A DNA stretch of 51,313 nucleotides. Origin: Candidatus Kapaibacterium sp. Lineage in GTDB: Bacteria > Bacteroidota > Ignavibacteria > Kapaibacteriales > UBA4661. The notes beneath the pieces are model-generated. The model did not search any database. It was given only the letters and a program-made list of their open reading frames with translations, and was not told where the DNA came from. Where the stretch lies: assembly GCA_025363605.1 (NCBI GenBank), contig JANYDO010000133.1, forward strand, positions 1 through 51,313, in the 5' to 3' direction. This document shows, in pieces, positions 33,680 to 45,590 of this stretch. Position 1 is the first letter of the stretch; every line of letters starts with the position of its first letter. The position numbers and the translations under genes are program-made.

Positions 33680-35392
33680 ATGCTTCAACGCTTAACTATA
33701 CGGCACTTTACGCTTATCGAAGAACTTGACCTTGAGCTTGGTCGCGGCTTAAACATTATTACCGGTGAGACAGGAGCCGGAAAGTCTATTATTGTGGACG
33801 CGCTTTTACTGCTTTTTGGCGAACGCGGTTCTGCGGAATATGTCCGAAAAGGCGCTCAGAAAGCCGTCATTGAGGGAAATTTTGTGATTACAGGAAATAA
33901 ATATATCCAACCCATTCTGCTAGAACACGAGATTGAGCATAATGGCGAGGAATTATTACTTCGCCGGGAAATCTCAGAAAAGGGAACATCGCGCTCATTC
34001 ATCAACGATTCCCCTGTTGCCGTTGGTATTATGCGCGAAGTTGGGGCTCAACTTGTTGATTTTCACGGTCAGCACGAACACCAATCGCTGCTCCGTGCAG
34101 AGGCACACGTCCATTTCATTGACAACTTCGAGGGCGTACTGTCGCGTTTGGAGGCGTATCAAGAGCAATTTACCACGCTCCGCAGGCACATTCAAGAGCG
34201 CTCGGAACTGACCTTGCGCGAACAAGCACTTCGGGAACAGGCAGAATTTCGTCGTTTTCAATTTGAAGAAATTGAACAAGTAAACCCGCAGCGCGACGAG
34301 GAAGAAAGCCTTGAGCAGGAATTAGCCTTACGTGAAAATGCCGAGCAGCTGCACGACCTCACCTATCGTCTCACGACACTGCTGTATGACGATGACGATT
34401 CGGTGCGTGACCGTCTGGCAACGGCGAAAAATCTTCTCGACGAACTGGCAGAAATTGACAAAGACTTTTCCGAATATCGTAGTGAATGTCAGTCGGCGAT
34501 TGCTGTCGTTGGCGAAATCGCAAAATTTGCGCACAATTACCGCGAGAATATTGAATTTCAGCCCCAGCGCTTAGAGCAAATACGGTATCGCTTACAGCAA
34601 CTTTCCCGTTTACGAAAAAAATATGGCGGTGCAGGAGAACTCTTTGCCAAATGGGACGAATTGAGAAAAGATGCCGAATTGACAGAAAATTTCGAGGCAG
34701 CACAAGAGCGCCTTGCCCGTACCATCGAAGAAACCCGCGAAACACTTGGCAAAGCCGCACAAATACTATCGGAGCAGCGAAAAAAAGTAGCCGCAAAAAT
34801 CGAAAAGACCATTATCGCCACACTTCAAAATCTTGGAATGCCGCACATTCGCTTTGCGGTCAATTTTTCCCGTGAAGTGTCCGTCGGCATGAGTCCCGAT
34901 GCACTGTATGTAACGCTTGATGGAGAGCGCGTTGTGGCATATCCGAATGGTGCCGAAAAAGTAGAGTTTCTTATTGCGGCTAATCCGGGCGAAGAATTGA
35001 AGCCAATGGCACGAATTGCTTCGGGTGGTGAAATTTCGCGGGTCATGCTCTCGCTCAAAGCGGCGCTTGCCGAATCCGACCGCCTACCGATGATGGTTTT
35101 TGATGAGATTGATACGGGTATTAGCGGACGTATCTCGCAAAAAGTGGGCAAGACCATGAAGGAACTCTCGAAGCATCCGCAGATTATTGCCATCACGCAT
35201 CAGCCCCAGATAGCAGCATTTGCCGACACGCACATTATGGTCGAAAAACGCCAAACCGCCACCACAACTCGTATCTCGGCTGTCGTGCTGACAGAAGAAG
35301 AGCGCATTTATGAGGTAGCACGACTTCTGAGCGGTGAAGAAATCACGAATGCTGCTTTGGAAAGTGCGAGAGAGTTGGTAGGTGCAGAATGA
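33680..35392 (+). CDS. recN: DNA repair protein RecN
   Basis: N-terminus MLQRLTIRHFTLIEELDLELGRGLNIITGETGAGKSIIVDAL, long coiled-coil middle, C-terminal SGGEISRVMLSLK signature and MVFDEIDTGISG Walker B. Confidence 0.92.
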   Translation: MLQRLTIRHFTLIEELDLELGRGLNIITGETGAGKSIIVDALLLLFGERGSAEYVRKGAQKAVIEGNFVITGNKYIQPILLEHEIEHNGEELLLRREISEKGTSRSFINDSPVAVGIMREVGAQLVDFHGQHEHQSLLRAEAHVHFIDNFEGVLSRLEAYQEQFTTLRRHIQERSELTLREQALREQAEFRRFQFEEIEQVNPQRDEEESLEQELALRENAEQLHDLTYRLTTLLYDDDDSVRDRLATAKNLLDELAEIDKDFSEYRSECQSAIAVVGEIAKFAHNYRENIEFQPQRLEQIRYRLQQLSRLRKKYGGAGELFAKWDELRKDAELTENFEAAQERLARTIEETRETLGKAAQILSEQRKKVAAKIEKTIIATLQNLGMPHIRFAVNFSREVSVGMSPDALYVTLDGERVVAYPNGAEKVEFLIAANPGEELKPMARIASGGEISRVMLSLKAALAESDRLPMMVFDEIDTGISGRISQKVGKTMKELSKHPQIIAITHQPQIAAFADTHIMVEKRQTATTTRISAVVLTEEERIYEVARLLSGEEITNAALESARELVGAE

Positions 35393-35395
35393 GAT

Positions 35396-35449
35396 GGAGT
35401 GTCGCTTGAATTCAAGGCCCAAGAACTTTAAGATTTCACTCCGTTTTTT
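35396..35449 (+). terminator. possible recN terminator (branched hairpin plus T-run)
   Basis: GGAGTG (35396-35401) pairs with CACTCC (35437-35442) and is followed by GTTTTTTG. The loop contains the perfect 12-bp palindrome CTTGAATTCAAG (35405-35416). Confidence 0.35.
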
Positions 35450-35545
35450 GCTCCCCTGCTCATGTGCAAAAAAAAATCTTTGTTTTGTGAGGCAAAAATC
35501 GTAAACTGAGGGCTTCGTTTTTTTGTTCAACAACAACCACGCAAA

Positions 35546-38845
<3,300 letters not shown>

Positions 38846-38956
38846 TTGCGGTCTCTTCATCCAACAAATACAGCAGCATAACGAGTATCTTTCACATTCG
38901 GCAGCCCGCGAAATAAGAGGCGTGGTGCTTACGAAGTCTTTCAGGAGTAACACATT

Positions 38957-39901
38957 ATGGCAAAAACAACGAAAGCCCCTGCGAAAATCAGCGCTAAAGA
39001 CAAAGCTAAAGCAAAGGCAATTCCCAAAGCCTCTAAAGCCGCACCAGCAAAAGCCAGTGCAAAAGCGCCCGCGAAGTCAGGAACAACAAAAACTGCAGTA
39101 AAAGCTCCTACGACAAAAGCTGCACCCGCAAAAACAGTCGCAAAAGTCGCACCGACAAAGACAGCTTCTGCTCCAAGCAAAGCCGCCACGAAGGCAGCAC
39201 CAGCTAAAACAGTGCCAGCTAAAACAGTGCCGACTAAAACAGTGCCCGCGAAAGCGTCCTCTGCGAGTACAGCGTCAGCAAAAGCTCCTGCTTCCAAAGC
39301 GCCCGTGGCTTCCAAGCCAGCTCCCGCGCCTGTGGTCACTACAAGACCTGTGCCGCCGCCTGTCGTTTCCAGACCGATTGAACCTGTCAAAACACCCGTT
39401 GCGGAAGAATACGAAGATGCATTCAGTGACGTACCGCAAGAGCCGGAGCAGTTTTCGCCTGTTCCGATGGCATCACGTTTGCACCGCACTTCGGTTCGCT
39501 ATTCCGACAAAGACCTTGATGTGTTTCGCGTTCACATCGAGGCGGAGCGCAAAAAGGCAATGGAAGAGTTCCAAATTTTGCGCGAAAACCTTGACGACCT
39601 CACCAATTCTGAGATGGCAGACGAAAACGCTTCCTACTCCATGCATATGGCAGAGCAAGGAACCGATGCACAGGAAAAAGAAAAACTCTACGCCCACGTG
39701 CAGCGTGTCTCGGACTATATCAAAAAACTGGACGAGGCATTGCAGCGGATTCAGGACAAAGTCTATGGTATTTGCAAAATGTGCGGTATCCTGATTGCAA
39801 AAGAGCGCTTGCTCGCCGTGCCAATCACCACACAATCGGCATCCTACAAACTCCGCAAACGCTGCCCTGAAGACGGTGTTGACCGTATAGTGAAGCGATA
39901 G
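38957..39901 (+). CDS. DksA/TraR-family regulator with an N-terminal K/A/P/T-rich histone-H1-like extension of about 125 aa
   Basis: The C-terminal 120 aa read YSDKDLDVF...MHMAEQGTDAQEKE...LDEALQRIQDKVYGICKMCGILIAKERLLAVPITTQS, matching the FCB-type DksA/TraR gene usually found downstream of ileS. The N-terminus consists of AKxxPAK-type repeats. Confidence 0.75.
   Translation: MAKTTKAPAKISAKDKAKAKAIPKASKAAPAKASAKAPAKSGTTKTAVKAPTTKAAPAKTVAKVAPTKTASAPSKAATKAAPAKTVPAKTVPTKTVPAKASSASTASAKAPASKAPVASKPAPAPVVTTRPVPPPVVSRPIEPVKTPVAEEYEDAFSDVPQEPEQFSPVPMASRLHRTSVRYSDKDLDVFRVHIEAERKKAMEEFQILRENLDDLTNSEMADENASYSMHMAEQGTDAQEKEKLYAHVQRVSDYIKKLDEALQRIQDKVYGICKMCGILIAKERLLAVPITTQSASYKLRKRCPEDGVDRIVKR
39203..39247. 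repeat. 15-bp in-frame tandem repeat x3 inside the K/A/P tail
   Basis: GCTAAAACAGTGCCA / GCTAAAACAGTGCCG / ACTAAAACAGTGCCC, encoding AKTVP-AKTVP-TKTVP. Confidence 0.9.
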
Positions 39902-39936
39902 AACGGGTAGTTATTATTTATCAGATACTTCTTTTT

Positions 39937-39986
39937 CCGCCCAATGACCAGGCATTTTCTTGTTTGTCATTTGGCGGATTTTTTTT
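39937..39986 (+). terminator. rho-independent terminator after the DksA-like gene
   Basis: CCGCCCAATGAC (39937-39948) pairs with GTCATTTGGCGG (39966-39977), giving 11 of 12 base pairs and a 17-nt loop. It is followed by A plus T8 (39979-39986). Confidence 0.65.
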
Positions 39987-40015
39987 GAAGGATTGATCCA
40001 AGCCCTCCCCGCGCC

Positions 40016-43000
40016 ATGCCTATTTTTTTGTATCAGTTTCTCGTGCGGCAGTGTATTTTCCTGACGCTCCTTTTTCTCCTTGTGCTGCCTTGCTCTGCCC
40101 AACAAACGTTCGTCTGGACACACTACGGCACAGAGGAAGGTTTAGAGCAAAGTACGGTTTTATGCGCCACCCAAGACAAAATAGGATTTCTCTGGTTCGG
40201 GACACAAGACGGGGTGTACCGTTTTGACGGACACAAATTTCGTGCGTATAAGGTTTCTCTGCGAGATACAAATTCCCTCTTGAATAATTACGTTACTACC
40301 ATTTGTGCGGATTCGAGCGACAATGTGTGGGTGGGAAGCTCGCTCGGTGTGAGCCGCTTCAATACACGGTCAGGACGTTGGACCCGCCATCAGCATATCG
40401 CAAAAGCCCCCAAGGGCCTACCCGGAAATGCTGTCTATGCGTTACTGACAGACCGCTCCGGCACAGTGTGGTGCGGGACAAACGCCGGGTTGTGTCAGCT
40501 CGGTAGTGTTGATAATCAGTTAGGTAGTCCTCAGCCAGCTAACTCACGTTGGAATAGCGTCAATCTCAATCTACCCAAGCGCTCCGATGAGGGAAATACC
40601 ATCGCGGCACTGGCGCTCGACTGTTTTTCTCCACACCGCCTTTGGTGCTGTACGCTTGCCGGAACGCTGATCGCTGTTGATACCAAAACAGGTCGCTGCC
40701 AGAACTACCAACTGCCCTTTGCCAATATCCCTTTTCTCCATCGTAATTTCCCTCTGATAAAACTTCTGCAAGACCGCTTGGGTACAATGTGGTGCACCAC
40801 GTCGCATTATGGCGTTTTTCGCTTGGATACCATCAGTGCAGAATGGACGCACTATTCCACCAACAATTCTAAAACCTCATTGCGTCTGGCGAGCAACGAT
40901 ATTCGGACAATATGCGAAATGCCGGAATACGATGAAATGTGGCTGGGAAGTTCGGATAACGGCATACAACGCATCCCGATTGAGCGGGCATCGCCGCAAA
41001 AACAGCATCGTTCTCAATCACCAATAGCAATGCGGCTGCTGCGGCATCATGCTTCGGATAAATTCAGCATATCGGGCAATGCTGTACTAACGCTTTTCCG
41101 CGACCGCGAGGGCAATCTTTGGAGCGCCGTTAATACAGTTGGTCTTTCTATGCTTTCCGCACATCAGTTGCAGGGGCGACTCCGCGCCTTTCAGCACACC
41201 GAGGGCGATGCAGCCTCGCTTGCCGACAATGCGGTTGAAACGTTTGTCGAAGACCAAGTTGGTAATATCTGGGTTTCTTTCGGTAGCAGTGGCGTACAGC
41301 GCATGAAATCTCGTATCGGAGAGTTTGTGCAGGCTGTTATTCCAAGAACCAAAGCAAATGCGTTGAAAGGAAGCAAAGCCGATCTTCTTGTGCGAAGTAT
41401 GTGCAGAGACAGTACCGGGCGTATTTGGCTTGGTACGGGGTCGGGTCTGTATGTGGGGACAAAGACAGGTGTGTCGGAAGACATCACCTTTGCAGCCTAT
41501 TCTGCCATTCCACACCTCAGCGATGCCGCTTTTATTCGATGCCTTTTTTGTGATAGCAAAGGAACGGTGTGGGCAGGCACACGAGGGCGTTTAACCGCAT
41601 TTTCGCCGGAAAAGGGCGTACTGATTGACGTAGCCGATACGCTTTCGGGATTTCGGAAAGGGAACGTGATTGCGATGCAGGAAAATCCCGACGGGACGCT
41701 CTGGATTGCATCGTGGGGCGGCGGCTTGATGCTCTATAACCCGCAGACGCGCTTATTTCGCAGCTTCCTTCCGCGTACCGTGAGGGGACTGCCCGATTCC
41801 ACCGCTTTGCCGAACACCGCAGTTATTTCTCTCTGCCGAACTTCTAACGGCGATATTTGGTGCGGTACGCTGGGTGGTGGGCTTGCGCGGCTTATTGACA
41901 CCGCAAATGGCGGCACATTTGAGCAATGCAACGAAGAAAACGGCTTGCCCAATAACGTGTGCTTCGGAATTTTGGAGGAAGGCACGACCGGCGCAGTATG
42001 GGTGAGTACCAATAAAGGGCTGTGCCGTGTCGGTGGGCAAGACGGAACGCGGCAATTCACGATTTTGAATCATTACGACGGACTTCCTTCCGACGAATTT
42101 AACGAACACACCGCATTGCGCTCACGGGATGGCACGCTGTACTTCGGCGGTGTTGGTGGTTTTGTTGCATTTCATCCGTACAATCTACGGCAGCTTATTG
42201 CACCGCATCTGGGTAACATCGTCCTGACGGGTTGTCGGGTTGCCGGTCTTCCGCTTCCGCTTCCAAACGGCGCATTTACTACAAGCCTTTCCTTCAATAA
42301 CACCCAAACGCAGCTCAGTTTTGAGTTTTCTGCGCTCACCTTTGCTTCTGCGCGTGGGGTAGAATATGCGGTTCAAATGGTCGGTTATGATACAACGGCG
42401 ATTTCTCTCGGGAGAAAGAATGAAGCAACCTATTCGGGACTGCCCTTTGGCGATTATGTCTTGCGCGTATGGACTCTGGGCAACGACGGCACGAAGAACG
42501 ATGCGCCTTTGGAAATTGCTATCGCCATTGTGCCTGCGTGGTGGCAAACGCGGTGGTTCTTGGGCAGCACGATTCTATGCGGCATTGTAGGAATGATAGC
42601 TCTTGTGCGGGGAATAACCCTGGGGAGAGTGCGCCGCAAAATTGAGCGCAACGAGGAGGTGCGCCGTCAGCGTGAAGAAGAGCGTGAACGTATCGCTAAA
42701 GATGTCCATGATGATGTCGGAGCGACTCTCACACGGATAACCTTGCTTTCGGAGGTACTGGAAAGGCAAATTGAGCAGCCCGACCTCCGTGAGCGTTTGG
42801 TGACCATTGCCGCAGCTTCGCGTGAAGCTGTGATCAATCTGAGTGACATTATTTGGGCTATCAACCCCGCCAATGACGCACTCCCGGTCTTTTTTGCCCA
42901 TCTGCGCGAATACACGACTGAATTTTTTGACAATAGTGATATTCGGTGTATTGTCGAAATGCCTCAGCCCATTCCGCCCATCAGCCTTGCGCCGGAGGTA

Positions 43001-43291
43001 CGACGTAATCTGCTCTTGGTCGTCAAAGAAGCCTTGAACAATGTCGTCAAACATTCCGGCGCACGGACGGCAGTACTGGAATGTACAATTATCAACAACG
43101 AACTGGAAATCAGCATTACGGACGATGGAATCGGCATCCCTTTGAGCCTTGCTACCGCGCGGCTTTCCGGCGGAAATGGACTGCGCAATATGCACAAGCG
43201 AATGGAGGCAATTCATGGTAGGCTTGAGGTCGGTCGGGTGGGCAGTGCCGGAGATGGCACGAAAGTACGGTTGCTGCTCAATGTTGTCTAG
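40016..43291 (+). CDS. sensor histidine kinase with periplasmic two-component-regulator propeller repeats + Y_Y_Y domain, one TM, HisKA_3 + HATPase_c
   Basis: Signal/TM leader ...LVLPCSAQQ. Many Reg_prop-like repeats are present (e.g. DKIGFLWFGTQDGVYRFDG, SSDNVWVGSSLGVSRFN, DRSGTVWCGTNAGLCQL). The Y_Y_Y-like stretch is GDYVLRVW and the TM segment is WFLGSTILCGIVGMIALV. The H-box is ERERIAKDVHDDVGATLT, the N-box NNVVKHSGA, the G-boxes DDGIGI and GNGLRNMHKR. Confidence 0.88.
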   Translation: MPIFLYQFLVRQCIFLTLLFLLVLPCSAQQTFVWTHYGTEEGLEQSTVLCATQDKIGFLWFGTQDGVYRFDGHKFRAYKVSLRDTNSLLNNYVTTICADSSDNVWVGSSLGVSRFNTRSGRWTRHQHIAKAPKGLPGNAVYALLTDRSGTVWCGTNAGLCQLGSVDNQLGSPQPANSRWNSVNLNLPKRSDEGNTIAALALDCFSPHRLWCCTLAGTLIAVDTKTGRCQNYQLPFANIPFLHRNFPLIKLLQDRLGTMWCTTSHYGVFRLDTISAEWTHYSTNNSKTSLRLASNDIRTICEMPEYDEMWLGSSDNGIQRIPIERASPQKQHRSQSPIAMRLLRHHASDKFSISGNAVLTLFRDREGNLWSAVNTVGLSMLSAHQLQGRLRAFQHTEGDAASLADNAVETFVEDQVGNIWVSFGSSGVQRMKSRIGEFVQAVIPRTKANALKGSKADLLVRSMCRDSTGRIWLGTGSGLYVGTKTGVSEDITFAAYSAIPHLSDAAFIRCLFCDSKGTVWAGTRGRLTAFSPEKGVLIDVADTLSGFRKGNVIAMQENPDGTLWIASWGGGLMLYNPQTRLFRSFLPRTVRGLPDSTALPNTAVISLCRTSNGDIWCGTLGGGLARLIDTANGGTFEQCNEENGLPNNVCFGILEEGTTGAVWVSTNKGLCRVGGQDGTRQFTILNHYDGLPSDEFNEHTALRSRDGTLYFGGVGGFVAFHPYNLRQLIAPHLGNIVLTGCRVAGLPLPLPNGAFTTSLSFNNTQTQLSFEFSALTFASARGVEYAVQMVGYDTTAISLGRKNEATYSGLPFGDYVLRVWTLGNDGTKNDAPLEIAIAIVPAWWQTRWFLGSTILCGIVGMIALVRGITLGRVRRKIERNEEVRRQREEERERIAKDVHDDVGATLTRITLLSEVLERQIEQPDLRERLVTIAAASREAVINLSDIIWAINPANDALPVFFAHLREYTTEFFDNSDIRCIVEMPQPIPPISLAPEVRRNLLLVVKEALNNVVKHSGARTAVLECTIINNELEISITDDGIGIPLSLATARLSGGNGLRNMHKRMEAIHGRLEVGRVGSAGDGTKVRLLLNVV

Positions 43292-43408
43292 CGGTCTTTG
43301 GAGCTGTCGGTAGAACAAAAATACGTCATTTTCCGCCGTGCTGTTTCCTGAAAAACCGCGTATATTTATCAACTTTCGTTCAAACTCGTCCATCTACACG
43401 CTGTTTAT

Positions 43409-44065
43409 ATGTCCCATCAAAGTCCCATCCGCGTTGCTCTCGTGGAAGATACCCATGATATTCGCAATAGTCTGCACATTTTATTGAGCGGCACACCCGG
43501 TTTTGAGTCGGTCGGCGCGTGGGCTTCCGGTGAAGAAGCCGTAGAGATGCTCCCTCTTCTGGCTTCGCCGCCAAACATTATCTTGATGGACATTGACCTG
43601 CCGGGAATGTCGGGCGTAGAGTGTATGAAGCATTTGCGTACGGCGGGATTTCGCGGTAGTTACATGATGCTGACAGTCTTTATGGACGATACAAACGTGT
43701 TTACGGCATTGCAGGCAGGCGCAAGCGCATACATTCTCAAAAACACACCGCCGGCAAAGTTGATGGAGTTTATTGCCGACCTCCACAATGGTGGTTCGCC
43801 CATGACAGGAGAAATTGCACGGCGCGTCTTGACGAGCTTTCATGTGCCTAGTGAAACCAATACGGCAGAAGCAAAGGAACTGTCTGCACTCTCACCCCGC
43901 GAAACTGAAATCCTCGACCTGCTCACGCAGGGACTTCGCTATAAAGAAATCGCTGAACGCCTCTTCGTCAGTCCTGCCACCGTGCGTACTCATCTACATA
44001 ACATCTACGAAAAGCTGCACGTGCGCTCCCGGGCTGAGGCTGCCGTCAAATTTCGGGCGCGATAG
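43409..44065 (+). CDS. response regulator, NarL/LuxR family
   Basis: REC domain (VALVEDTHDIR..., ILMDIDLPGMSG, ILKNTPPAKL) plus a LuxR HTH LSPRETEILDLLTQGLRYKEIAERLFVSPATVRTHLHNIYEKLHV. Confidence 0.92.
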   Translation: MSHQSPIRVALVEDTHDIRNSLHILLSGTPGFESVGAWASGEEAVEMLPLLASPPNIILMDIDLPGMSGVECMKHLRTAGFRGSYMMLTVFMDDTNVFTALQAGASAYILKNTPPAKLMEFIADLHNGGSPMTGEIARRVLTSFHVPSETNTAEAKELSALSPRETEILDLLTQGLRYKEIAERLFVSPATVRTHLHNIYEKLHVRSRAEAAVKFRAR

Positions 44066-44197
44066 CTGCCCGCTTCGAGCCGCATCTCTGCCGCATTCCC
44101 GCCATAAAAATACAACATTTGTTCTATTGTCTTGCCGTGCAGAATCACCTAATTTGGGCGTAGTTCATTTGTTTTTCTTCAACAAATATACCACGCC

Positions 44198-45550
44198 ATG
44201 AACCTTGTGCTTTCTCTCCGCATTTCTGCATTTTCCGTGTTGTTGACCCTTTGTATCTTCTGCACTGCTTTCACCACCGCATTTGCCCAACCTTCACTCC
44301 GCTCGTTCACTCCCACGCAGACAAGCCCGGGTGGAAGCATCATTATCACGGGCATTCGATTTACCGGAACAACTGCCGTCAGTATTGGCGGCACTCCTGC
44401 GTCAGCATTCACCGTTGATACCGACACCCAAATCACCGCAATCGTAGCCTGTAACAACGCTTCGGGTGAAGTTGCTGTTACCACCAGTGCCGGCACAGCG
44501 CGGCTTGCAGGCTTTGTGTTTACTCCTGCGACGCTGCTCATTACCAGTTTCACCCCAACATCCGGACCGCCCGGGACGGTCGTTACCGTTACCGGACGCG
44601 GACTGCACTGCGTTACGCAAGTAACAGTCGGCGGAGTAGCCGCAACACAAATCACGACCACCCTCAGCAATCAAACATCCATGTCGTTCACTGTACCGAG
44701 CAGTGCTGCAACAGGAGCCGTAACGCTCACTTCGTCAGCAGGTTCGGCGAGCGCATCGGAGCGCTTTACCGTTACCACCCCTGCGCCGACCATTACGAGC
44801 TTTTCGCCCACATCCGGTGCGGCGGGAACTGTCATCACGGTGACAGGAACAAATCTCACAGGTGCAAGCAGCGTCAGCATCGGCGGCGTGGCAGCAACCT
44901 TCACCGTGAACCGCGATGGTACGGTGAGCATAACCGTTCCAAGTGGCGCATTGACAGGTGTCATCAGCATTACCACACCGGGCGGCACGGCTACAAGCGG
45001 CAGGACAACCTTTACCGTTGTGCCTCCTACGCCGACCATTACGAGCTTTTCGCCCACATCCGGTGCGGCGGGAACCGTCATCACGGTGACAGGAACAAAT
45101 CTTACAGGTGCAAGTTCTGTAACGGTGGGCGGTGCGGCGGCGGCTTCGTTTACCGTCGTCTCACCAACAACGATAACCTTTGTTCTTCCCAACGGCGCAC
45201 CATCCGGCACCATCACGGTCATAACCGCAGGCGGGCGTGCCGTCAGCGATGGCACACTGACCGTGCGCCCCACATCCGTCCGCATCGCCGAAGAATACGC
45301 CATGCGCATTTTCCCGCAACCGGCAAACGGCGCGGTAACGCTTGAATACTCGCTTTTGGAAGCATCGCCCGTGAGCATTGAAGTGGTGAATACACTCGGA
45401 AGGGTGGTTTTTTCTCAGCCGATAAGCCAGCAAGGGAGCGGTATTCAGCGTGTTATTGTGCCATTGGAAGGCTTTGGGCAGGGTGTGTATTTTGTGCGGG
45501 TGGATATCGGCGGGAGACTAGCAACAGTGCCGCTTCAGGTGGTGCGGTAA
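44198..45550 (+). CDS. cell-surface protein: signal peptide + 4 IPT/TIG-like repeats + T9SS C-terminal sorting domain
   Basis: Four repeats of about 82 aa of the form P.I.SF.PTSG..GT.ITVTG..L.G...V.IGG..A..F.V. The C-terminal MRIFPQPANGAVTLEYSL...IEVVNTLGRVVF...GVYFVRV matches the type-A T9SS CTD pattern. Confidence 0.8.
   Translation: MNLVLSLRISAFSVLLTLCIFCTAFTTAFAQPSLRSFTPTQTSPGGSIIITGIRFTGTTAVSIGGTPASAFTVDTDTQITAIVACNNASGEVAVTTSAGTARLAGFVFTPATLLITSFTPTSGPPGTVVTVTGRGLHCVTQVTVGGVAATQITTTLSNQTSMSFTVPSSAATGAVTLTSSAGSASASERFTVTTPAPTITSFSPTSGAAGTVITVTGTNLTGASSVSIGGVAATFTVNRDGTVSITVPSGALTGVISITTPGGTATSGRTTFTVVPPTPTITSFSPTSGAAGTVITVTGTNLTGASSVTVGGAAAASFTVVSPTTITFVLPNGAPSGTITVITAGGRAVSDGTLTVRPTSVRIAEEYAMRIFPQPANGAVTLEYSLLEASPVSIEVVNTLGRVVFSQPISQQGSGIQRVIVPLEGFGQGVYFVRVDIGGRLATVPLQVVR
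44785..44868. repeat. 84-nt near-identical intragenic repeat, copy 1 (TIG repeat 3 N-terminus)
   Basis: 82 of 84 nt are identical to 45031-45114, offset 246 nt (82 codons). Mismatches are at 44830 and 44857 and are both synonymous. Confidence 0.9.
45031..45114. repeat. 84-nt near-identical intragenic repeat, copy 2 (TIG repeat 4 N-terminus)
   Basis: See copy 1. Both encode PTITSFSPTSGAAGTVITVTGTNLTGAS. Confidence 0.9.
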
Positions 45551-45590
45551 TAATTTGCAGTATTGACGAAATACGACCAATTACGATTTT

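Noticed and set aside
38941-39489. 182-aa minus-strand ORF rich in A/G/V/T/F
   Set aside because: It is the mirror image of the K/A/P repeat region (GCn/AAA codons read antisense). The plus-strand frame continues into a recognisable DksA/TraR domain.
42575-43393. 272-aa minus-strand ORF
   Set aside because: It lies antisense to the HisKA_3/HATPase part of the sensor kinase, where the H, N and G boxes are intact on the plus strand.
44179-45378. 163-aa and 235-aa minus-strand ORFs
   Set aside because: They lie antisense to the TIG-repeat gene. GC-rich repetitive coding sequence commonly leaves long open antisense frames.
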